Shown in pieces: positions 1-6,560 of a DNA stretch of 64,000 nucleotides; within the stretch, counting starts at the first letter, position 1, and each line of letters starts with the position of its first letter. The stretch comes from an uncultured Thermoanaerobaculia bacterium (GTDB lineage Bacteria > Acidobacteriota > Thermoanaerobaculia > Multivoradales > JAGPDF01). The notes beneath the pieces are model-generated. The model ran no database searches. It worked only from the letters and a program-made list of their open reading frames with translations, and had not been told where the DNA came from. The stretch spans positions 2,729 to 66,728 of the forward strand of contig CAYYIK010000007.1 of the NCBI GenBank assembly GCA_964471955.1, given 5' to 3'. The position numbers and the translations under genes were made by a program.

Positions 1-24
1 CCGTCGGGGCCACTCGGGGAAGGA

Positions 25-60
25 AATTACCTCTGACTGAATTTTCGGGGGAGGGGCGGG
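25..60. repeat. Copy 1 of a 36-37 bp direct repeat with an AT-rich core
   Basis: The exact 20-mer AATTACCTCTGACTGAATTT (25-44) is followed by CGGGG and AGGGGCGGG. The same string recurs at 3290-3326. It is an AT-rich island in a very GC-rich window, and the core carries TGA in two forward frames. Confidence 0.8.
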
Positions 61-79
61 ATCCGGGTAACATCGGCGC

Positions 80-874
80 ATGTCCCCGGTGCCGCTCTCT
101 CCGGAGGCTTCCCGCCCGCGTCGCGATCGGACGGCGTGGCGCTGGCCGCTGGTGACGATCCTCCTCGCCGGCCTGTTCGCCGCTGCCTATTTCGTGACGC
201 TGGAGCGCTTCGTCGCCGCGGGCCGTGGCCTGGCGGCCGCTCCGGGGGCGGCAGTCGCCGGCCTCGAGCGGCTCTCGCGCGGCCTGCTGCGCGGTGAGGT
301 GACTCTGCGCTTCCTCTCCTCGGTCCCGGAGGTAGCCGGCTCGCCCGCCGGCCGTCTCGAACTGGCCACCGCCGAGGTCATCGAAACGATCACGCGCACC
401 GACGAGCGCAGCGCCCTCTGGGACCTCGTCCCGCTGGGCACGACGACGGTCGAGATCCGCGTGCCGGTCGTCTATCGCTACCACGTGCCGATGGACGGCG
501 ACTGGCGCGTGACGGTCAGCGGAGACCGCGCCGAGGTCGTCGCGCCGCGCCTCCGGCCCTCCCTGCCGCCGGCACTGCGTACCGACCGGATGGAGCGCCG
601 GGTCGAGAGCGGCTGGCTGCGTTTCGACGGGGCGGTCCGCCTCGCCGAGCTGGAGCGCCAGCTCGTCCCGCTGGTGGTGGCGCGGGCAGGTGATCCCCGC
701 CACCTCGCTCTGGCCCGCGAGAGCGCCCGCCGCTCCCTCGCCGGCTTCGCCCGCGGCTGGCTCCTGGCCGAAGGCGAGGCAGCCGGGGACATTCGCACCC
801 TGATCGTCCGCTTCGCCGACGAAGGGCCGGATACGGGGGCTCACTCTCCCGCTTTCCGCGTCGGCCGGGACTGA
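80..874 (+). CDS. Membrane-anchored hypothetical protein (pattern reminiscent of DUF4230-type proteins; family not verified)
   Basis: 264-aa ORF with ATG at 80. A basic N-terminus is followed by one hydrophobic helix (WPLVTILLAGLFAAAYFV). Third codon positions are GC-rich. The stop lies 6 nt before the patatin gene start. Confidence 0.7.
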   Translation: MSPVPLSPEASRPRRDRTAWRWPLVTILLAGLFAAAYFVTLERFVAAGRGLAAAPGAAVAGLERLSRGLLRGEVTLRFLSSVPEVAGSPAGRLELATAEVIETITRTDERSALWDLVPLGTTTVEIRVPVVYRYHVPMDGDWRVTVSGDRAEVVAPRLRPSLPPALRTDRMERRVESGWLRFDGAVRLAELERQLVPLVVARAGDPRHLALARESARRSLAGFARGWLLAEGEAAGDIRTLIVRFADEGPDTGAHSPAFRVGRD

Positions 875-880
875 CTCCGA

Positions 881-2077
881 GTGGATCCCGACGCCAGCGC
901 CGCAGCCGCTCCGGTCGACCGCCTGGCCCTCGTGCTCTCGGGCGGCGGCGCCCGCGCCGCTTACCAGGCCGGCGTGCTCGCCGGGCTCGCGAAGCTTCAC
1001 CCCGACCTCGCCCCGGCGATCTACACCGGCGTGTCGGCCGGGGCGATCAACGCGACCTTCCTCGCCGCGCACCCCGGCAGCTTCGTCGAGGCGACCGGGG
1101 ATCTGGTCGGACTCTGGCGCGCGCTGTCGATCGAGCGGGTGCTGCGCACCGACGTCGGGACGATTGCCGCCTCGTTCGCCCGCTGGGGCGGGCGACTGGT
1201 CTCGGGAGGACGCGGACGCGTCTCGCGCAAGGCGCGCGCGCTGGTGGATGGCTCGCCGCTGCGCGAATTCCTCGCCAGTCACCTCCAGGGCAGCGACGGC
1301 GCCATCACCGGCATCTCCCGCAATCTCGACGCCGGGCGGCTGCACGCGGTCGCCATTTCGACCCTGCACTACGGCTCCGGCGACACGTTCAACTGGCTGC
1401 AGGCCCGCGACGTCGAGCCCTGGTTGCGCCCGGGGCGACGGATCGTCCCCGCCCGCCTGGCGGTGGCGCACGTGCTCGCTTCGGCGGCGCTGCCGATCGT
1501 CTTCCCGGCCGTCCGTCTGCACGGGGGATGGCACGGCGACGGCGGCGTGCGGCTGACCGCCCCCTTTTCGCCCGCGATCCACCTCGGCGCGACGCGCATC
1601 CTGGCGGTGTCGACGCGGCGACAGCGCAGCGGTGAGGAGAGCGACCCGCGACGCCAGCGGCGCTACCCGTCGCCGGCGCAGATCGGCGGCCACCTGCTCG
1701 ACGCGGCATTCCTCGACCTGTTCGACGAAGATGCGCGCAGGCTCGAGAAAGTGAACCAGATCTGCCGCGCCCTGCCCGGCGCGAGCGACCTCGGCTTCCG
1801 GGTGATCGACACGCTGGTCGTCCGCCCGTCGCGCGACCTGCGACCGCTCGCGGCGCGCTTCGAGTCGCGGCTGCCGCGGGCGCTGCGCTTTGCCGGACGC
1901 GGACTCGGTGCCGGTGAAGGCGGAGCCGGCTCGATGCTCTCGCTCCTCCTGTTCATTCCGGAGTTTCTCGAATCGCTGATCGAACTCGGTCAGTTGGACG
2001 CCGCGCGCTATGGCGCCGGCGGCCTGCCCGCTCCGCCCGAGGAGTGCCGCAGCTCCCGAATCCCTTCCCCGGGTTGA
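881..2077 (+). CDS. Patatin-like phospholipase
   Basis: 398 aa, GTG start. It has the oxyanion motif LSGGGARAAYQAGVL (G-G-G-x-R), the nucleophile motif GVSAG (G-x-S-x-G), and the Asp-dyad motif GDGGV further on. Confidence 0.88.
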   Translation: MDPDASAAAAPVDRLALVLSGGGARAAYQAGVLAGLAKLHPDLAPAIYTGVSAGAINATFLAAHPGSFVEATGDLVGLWRALSIERVLRTDVGTIAASFARWGGRLVSGGRGRVSRKARALVDGSPLREFLASHLQGSDGAITGISRNLDAGRLHAVAISTLHYGSGDTFNWLQARDVEPWLRPGRRIVPARLAVAHVLASAALPIVFPAVRLHGGWHGDGGVRLTAPFSPAIHLGATRILAVSTRRQRSGEESDPRRQRRYPSPAQIGGHLLDAAFLDLFDEDARRLEKVNQICRALPGASDLGFRVIDTLVVRPSRDLRPLAARFESRLPRALRFAGRGLGAGEGGAGSMLSLLLFIPEFLESLIELGQLDAARYGAGGLPAPPEECRSSRIPSPG

Positions 2078-2120
2078 CCTCCTCCCCGCCGGCGGGAGAT
2101 GATTTGAACCGTGGTTCAAA
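2074..2120 (+). promoter_or_regulatory. Candidate sigma70-type promoter plus palindromic TetR operator overlapping the tetR start
   Basis: TTGACC (2074-2079), an 18-nt spacer, then GATGAT (2098-2103). A perfect 8+2+8 palindrome TTTGAACC-GT-GGTTCAAA (2103-2120) is centred on the GTG start at 2111. This geometry would give a leaderless or near-leaderless transcript. Confidence 0.4.
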
Positions 2121-2743
2121 CAGCGTCTCCCCTACGCGCGGAGGCCTCCGGCCCCGCCGCCGACCGGCGGCGGCGCGCGATCCTCGCCGCCGCGTCGCGC
2201 CTCTTCCGCGAGCGCGGCCTGCATGCGACCGGTATGCGCGAGATCGCCGCCGAGCTCGGGATGACGGCCGGAAACCTCTACTACTACTTTCCGTCCAAGC
2301 AGGATCTGCTCGCCTACTGCCAGGAGGCGACGCTCGACGAGCTGCAGGCGCTCGCCGTAGAGGTCGCAGCGAGCCGGGACGCCGCCGGCGAGCAGCTCGC
2401 CCGGCTGCTGCGTGGGCACGTCCGGATCCTCAACGAGTCGACGCCGGGCTCGCTCGCCCACCTCGAGCAGAACGAGGTCCCGGAGGCGCGGCGCGCCTCC
2501 CTGCTCGCCCGGCGCAAGCGATACGAAGAGGTCTTCCGGCGGCTGATCGAGGCGGGGATCCGCACGGGCGAGTTCCGGCCCGTCGATCCCGGCCTCGTCG
2601 CGCTGGCGATGCTGGGAGCGGTCAACTGGACCGTCCGCTGGTTTCAGGCCGAAGGCCGCAAGAGCGCCGACGAGGTGGGGCGGGAGTTCGCCGACCTGCT
2701 GGTCGCCGGCCTGAGGAACCTTCCGACGAGGAGCGACGCGTGA
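2111..2743 (+). CDS. TetR/AcrR family transcriptional regulator
   Basis: 210 aa. The N-terminal HTH signature is RRRAILAAASRLFRERGLHATGMREIAAELGMTAGNLYYYFPSKQDLL. Confidence 0.9.
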   Translation: MVQTASPLRAEASGPAADRRRRAILAAASRLFRERGLHATGMREIAAELGMTAGNLYYYFPSKQDLLAYCQEATLDELQALAVEVAASRDAAGEQLARLLRGHVRILNESTPGSLAHLEQNEVPEARRASLLARRKRYEEVFRRLIEAGIRTGEFRPVDPGLVALAMLGAVNWTVRWFQAEGRKSADEVGREFADLLVAGLRNLPTRSDA

Positions 2744-3282
2744 GCGCAGACTGCGAGATGGTGGTGCGCCGGCTGAAGGTCAACGGCGAGGAGCGGACGG
2801 TCGCCTTCCCCGTCCATCACACGCTGCTCGAGGTGCTGCGCGAAGAGCTCGGTCTGCCCGGCACCAAGCACGGCTGCGAACTCGGCGAGTGCGGCACCTG
2901 CACGGTACTGGTCGACGGGGCCCCGATCCTCTCCTGCCTCGCCCTGGCCGACGAGATGGAGGGTCGGGAGATCGAGACGGTCGAAGGGTTGGCGCGGGGC
3001 GGCGAGCTGCATCCGCTGCAGCGCACCTTCGCGGACCTCGGCGCCGCGCAGTGCGGCTACTGCACGCCGGGGATCCTGATGACCGCCAGGGCGCTGCTCG
3101 CCGAGAACGCCACACCGACGCGCCCGGAGATCCGCACGGCCCTGGCCGGCAACCTCTGCCGCTGTACGGGCTACCAGAAGATCCTCGAAGCGGTCGAAGG
3201 CGCTGCGGCGCTCGAGCGCGGAGAACCCTGGGAGCCGACCTCCGAGGCACTGCGCGGCTCCCCCGAGCCGGGGGAACAGTGA
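2740..3282 (+). CDS. Xanthine dehydrogenase family [2Fe-2S]-binding small subunit (CoxS/HcrC-like)
   Basis: This is the C-terminal part of the ORF-track frame 2044..3282. The GTG at 2740 overlaps the tetR stop (GTGA); an alternative ATG lies at 2758. Motifs: CELGECGTC (plant-type cluster), CGYCTPG and CRCTGY (second cluster). Confidence 0.9.
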   Translation: MSADCEMVVRRLKVNGEERTVAFPVHHTLLEVLREELGLPGTKHGCELGECGTCTVLVDGAPILSCLALADEMEGREIETVEGLARGGELHPLQRTFADLGAAQCGYCTPGILMTARALLAENATPTRPEIRTALAGNLCRCTGYQKILEAVEGAAALERGEPWEPTSEALRGSPEPGEQ

Positions 3283-3289
3283 CAATTTT

Positions 3290-3326
3290 AATTACCTCTG
3301 ACTGAATTTACGGGGTCAGGGGCGGG
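3290..3326. repeat. Copy 2 of the 36-37 bp direct repeat
   Basis: AATTACCTCTGACTGAATTT (3290-3309), then A, CGGGG, TC, AGGGGCGGG. It fills the 33-bp convergent gap between the small-subunit stop (3282) and the stop of the minus-strand small ORF (3316), and runs into the end of that ORF. Confidence 0.8.
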
Positions 3327-3510
3327 CGCCGAGGAGGCGGGCGGGCAGGAAGAGGACGGCTTTGAGCAGGGCGAAGACCCCTTCGACGGCGACGCCGAGC
3401 AGGCGGAAGGGGAGCAGCAGCAGCCAGACGATCGGGTAGAGGACGAGCGCCAGCAGGGCGAGCGGCCAGCAGAGGACGAAGAGCAGGAGCCAGAGCAGAA
3501 ACGTGAACAT
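3316..3510 (-). CDS. Small hydrophobic membrane protein (64 aa; two predicted helices)
   Basis: Protein MFTFLLWLLLFVLCWPLALLALVLYPIVWLLLLPFRLLGVAVEGVFALLKAVLFLPARLLGARP. The ATG at 3510 is preceded by GGTGGAGGGGG (Shine-Dalgarno, SD). Codon third positions are GC-rich as in neighbouring genes. It lies on the opposite strand between the small and large molybdoenzyme subunit genes. Confidence 0.6.
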   Translation of the reverse strand: MFTFLLWLLLFVLCWPLALLALVLYPIVWLLLLPFRLLGVAVEGVFALLKAVLFLPARLLGARP

Positions 3511-3587
3511 GTGCACCCCCTCCACCACCTTCTACGCAGCCGCCTCCGCCGGGTTCCAGCCGGCGGGCGGGCGGCGGGAGACCGGCC

Positions 3588-6155
3588 GTGGCTGATCCCG
3601 ATCGCGACGTCCCCGCAGCCGCGCCGAACGCGCGTCCGCTGCGCGTCGTCGGCACCCCCTTCCGCCGGGTCGACGGCTTCGCCAAGGTGACCGGACAGAC
3701 CCGCTACGCCGACGACCTGGACTTTCCGCGCACGGCGCACGTCAAGCTCGTGCGTTCGACGATCCCCCACGGGCGCATCCGCTCCATCGACCTCGAGGAG
3801 GCCGCGAGGCTCCCCGGCGTCCTCGGTTTTCTCACCGGACGCGACCTGCCGACCACCTTCGGCATCCTGCCGGTGTCACAGGACGAGCACCCGCTGGCGC
3901 TCGACCGGGTACGCCACGTCGGCGACCCGGTGGTCGCCGTCGCCGCGACGAGCGAGGACGCCGCCCACGCGGCGGCGCTGGCGGTGAAGGTCGACTACGA
4001 GCCGCTGCCGACCATCGCCACGGTCGAAGAGGCGATCGCGACGCCCGAGCCGCAGCTGCACGAGTACGCCGACCAGGGGAATCTGCACAAGGTCGTGTCG
4101 ATGGAGTTCGGCGACGTCGAGGCCGGCTTCGCCGCCGCCGATCGGGTTTTCGAGGACGTCTTCTTCTACGACGGAAACACCCATCTGCCGCTCGAGCAGC
4201 ACGCCACGGTGGCGCTGCCCGAGGGGGACGACCGGATCACCGTCTGGTCGTCGACCCAGACGCCGCACTACCTGCATCGCGCCCTGACCCGCGTGCTCGG
4301 CCTGCCGGCGTCGCGCATCCGCGTCGTCGCGACCCCCAACGGCGGCGGCTTCGGCGGCAAGAGCGACCCGTTCGGCCACGAGATCGTCTGCGCCGCGATG
4401 GCGCGCAAGCTCGGCCGTCCGGCGCGCATCGCGCTCACCCGCGAGGAGGTCTTCTACTGCCATCGCGGCCGCCACCCGGTGCTGATGCGCCTCAGGACGG
4501 GCGTCTCGAAGGACGGGGCGCTCACCGCGCAGACCCTGCAGACGACCCTCGACGGCGGCGCCTACGGCAGCTACGGCGTCGCGTCGACCTACTACACCGG
4601 GGCGCTCGAGACGGTCACCTACCGGCTGCCGAACTACAAGTTCGAGTCGATCCGCGCCTTCACCAACAAGCCGGCCTGCGGCCCCAAGCGCGGCCACGGC
4701 ACCCCCCAGCCACGCTTCGGCTTCGAGGTGCAGCTCGACAAGATCGCCGTGGCGACCGGGCGCAATCCGGCCGACCTGCGGCTCGCCGTCGTCGAGCAAC
4801 CGGAGACCATCACCGCCAACTGGCTCAAGCTCGGCACCATCGAGCTGGCGCGCTGCATCGAGGCGGTGGTCGCCGGGTCGGGCTACCGCGAGCGCTGGGG
4901 CAGGCTGCCGCGCGGGCGCGGCCTCGGACTCGCCTGCGGCTCCTATCTTTGCGGCGCCGGCCTGCCGATCTACTGGAACCACATGCCGCAGTCGGGCGTG
5001 GCGATCCACGTCGACCGCGGCGGCGGCGTCGCGGTCTTCTGCGGCGAGACCGAGATCGGCCAGGGGTCGGACTCGGTGCTCGCCGCAGTGGTGGCCGAAG
5101 TCCTGGGCGTCGAGATCGCCGACCTGCGGCTCCAGGTCGCCGACACCGCCTTCACCCCGGTCGACCTCGGCAGCTACTCTTCGCGCGTCACCCTGATGAT
5201 GGGGCAGGCGGCGCGCGACGCTGCGGAGAAGGTGCGCGCCACGATCGCCGAGGCGGTCGCGCGGCAGCTCGAGGTCGCCCCCGACCGGCTCGTCTTCGCC
5301 GACCGCCGCGTCTTCGACGCCGCCGATCCCGGGCGCGGCCTCACCTGGGAGGAGGCGGTGATCGCCGCCGAGGCCCGCTTCGGAACGATCGCCACGGCCG
5401 GCAGCTACACCCCTCCCCGCTCGCCCGGCAAGTACCGCGGCGCCGGCGTCGGCCCCTCCCCCACCTACTCCTACTCCGCCGCCGTCGTCGAGGTCGAGGT
5501 CGACGAGCACACCGGCATCTGGCGCCCGCTGCACGTCTGGGTGGCGCACGACATCGGCCGCGCCCTCAACCCGGCACTGGTCATGGGTCAGGTCGAGGGG
5601 GGCGTCTACATGGGTCTCGGCGAAGCGATGATGGAGGAGTCTGCCTTCCGCCGCCTGCCCAGGGCGCGCTCGCAGGCGCTGGTGCACAAGTTCCCCAGCC
5701 TCCTCGAGTACAAGAGCCTGACCTTCGAGGAGATGCCGCCGGTGACCACCTACCTGATCGAAGAGCCCGATCCGGCCGGCCCCTTCGGCGCCAAGGAGGT
5801 CGGCCAGGGGCCGCTGCTCCCCCTGCCGCCCGCCTGCGCCAACGCCATCTTCGACGCCGTCGGCGTGCGCGTCGACCAGGTGCCGATCCACCCGCACATG
5901 GTGCTCAAGGCGCTCGAAGCGAAGGCGAAGGGGAGCGAGCCCCGCTACGGCCCGGCGACCTTCCCCGAGGTCGACTTCGGCTTCACCCTGCAGGTGCCGA
6001 CTCCCTGGGAGGGGGGCGACGGCAGGGCGTCGAACGAAGAGGAGTTCAAAGCGGCCACCGGGCGCAAGTCCCGCGCCGGGACGATGACCGAGCGCAGCGA
6101 AGCGCTGCGCTCGGGAAGCGTCGCAGCCCTGACGACGAAGCTGAAGGAATCGTGA
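3588..6155 (+). CDS. Xanthine dehydrogenase family molybdopterin-binding large subunit (CoxL/HcrA-like)
   Basis: 855 aa, GTG start. The N-terminus RVVGTPFRRVDGFAKVTGQTRYADD matches the a/b-hammerhead signature. It has the NGGGFGGK motif and FGAKEVGQGP near the C-terminus. A C-terminal tail of roughly 85 aa (KGSEPRYGPATFPEVDFGF...KLKES) extends beyond the usual family end. Confidence 0.92.
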   Translation: MADPDRDVPAAAPNARPLRVVGTPFRRVDGFAKVTGQTRYADDLDFPRTAHVKLVRSTIPHGRIRSIDLEEAARLPGVLGFLTGRDLPTTFGILPVSQDEHPLALDRVRHVGDPVVAVAATSEDAAHAAALAVKVDYEPLPTIATVEEAIATPEPQLHEYADQGNLHKVVSMEFGDVEAGFAAADRVFEDVFFYDGNTHLPLEQHATVALPEGDDRITVWSSTQTPHYLHRALTRVLGLPASRIRVVATPNGGGFGGKSDPFGHEIVCAAMARKLGRPARIALTREEVFYCHRGRHPVLMRLRTGVSKDGALTAQTLQTTLDGGAYGSYGVASTYYTGALETVTYRLPNYKFESIRAFTNKPACGPKRGHGTPQPRFGFEVQLDKIAVATGRNPADLRLAVVEQPETITANWLKLGTIELARCIEAVVAGSGYRERWGRLPRGRGLGLACGSYLCGAGLPIYWNHMPQSGVAIHVDRGGGVAVFCGETEIGQGSDSVLAAVVAEVLGVEIADLRLQVADTAFTPVDLGSYSSRVTLMMGQAARDAAEKVRATIAEAVARQLEVAPDRLVFADRRVFDAADPGRGLTWEEAVIAAEARFGTIATAGSYTPPRSPGKYRGAGVGPSPTYSYSAAVVEVEVDEHTGIWRPLHVWVAHDIGRALNPALVMGQVEGGVYMGLGEAMMEESAFRRLPRARSQALVHKFPSLLEYKSLTFEEMPPVTTYLIEEPDPAGPFGAKEVGQGPLLPLPPACANAIFDAVGVRVDQVPIHPHMVLKALEAKAKGSEPRYGPATFPEVDFGFTLQVPTPWEGGDGRASNEEEFKAATGRKSRAGTMTERSEALRSGSVAALTTKLKES

Positions 6156-6170
6156 AGAGATCGTGAAGAG
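6149..6170. repeat. 11-bp perfect tandem duplication spanning the large-subunit stop codon
   Basis: ATCGTGAAGAG (6149-6159) is repeated at 6160-6170. The first copy contains the TGA stop at 6153-6155. Confidence 0.85.
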
Positions 6171-6330
6171 GAAAGAAGCAAAGGCCTTTTTGTTCAAGAC
6201 AAAGGCAAAGGCAGAAGCTTCCATAGAAGGGAAAAGAGGGGACTGGGGCGTGGGCTGGGCGGGTGAGTCGATTGCGGCGGGCCAGAAGCCGGGTGAAGCC
6301 TGGATTCCTTTCTCCGATGCCGAGGGCGAG

Positions 6331-6493
6331 GGGGCCGGGAAAGTTTCCCGGCAGGGAAGCTCGAAGGCCCCATCACCTGAGCGGTGGGCCGGCACTCCCG
6401 GTTCAGATCGGGGCCTGAGCGCAGGAGCGCACCCGCCGTCGTTGCCGGCACTCGTGCGCGCCGGTTCCCGGCCGGGGAACTTTCCCGGCCCCC
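6331..6493. repeat. Inverted-repeat pair (about 22 nt) inside the 405-bp repeat-rich spacer 6156-6560
   Basis: GGGGCCGGGAAAGTTTCCCGGC (6331-6352) matches the reverse complement of 6470-6493, GGGGGCCGGGAAAGTTCCCCGGCC. Each arm is itself nearly palindromic (CCGGGAAAGTTTCCCGG). Between them, GCCGGCACTC...CCGGTTC occurs twice, at about 6388 and about 6444. Confidence 0.75.
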
Positions 6494-6560
6494 TCGCTTC
6501 CACCTCCCGCTGAACGAGGACGAACATGTCCAGAACCAGGAAGTCCGAGAGGAAGCACCG

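Noticed and set aside
881-2077. Patatin as the effector of a CBASS-like anti-phage system
   Set aside because: There is no cyclase/nucleotidyltransferase, SAVED/CARF or other sensor gene adjacent. The neighbours are a simple membrane protein and a TetR regulator.
25-3326. The two 36-bp direct repeats as attL/attR of an integrated element
   Set aside because: There is no integrase or recombinase. The bracketed segment would split the small subunit from the rest of its own enzyme operon, and its GC content is not visibly different from the flanks. The repeat is kept as a finding, but not this interpretation.
6163-6513. 116-aa ORF inside the repeat-rich spacer of the molybdoenzyme operon
   Set aside because: The sequence is low complexity (a Lys/Glu/Ala start, then Gly/Pro/Ser-rich). 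Its codon usage is unlike neighbouring genes and it has no SD. The region is better explained by the nucleotide-level palindromes and repeats.
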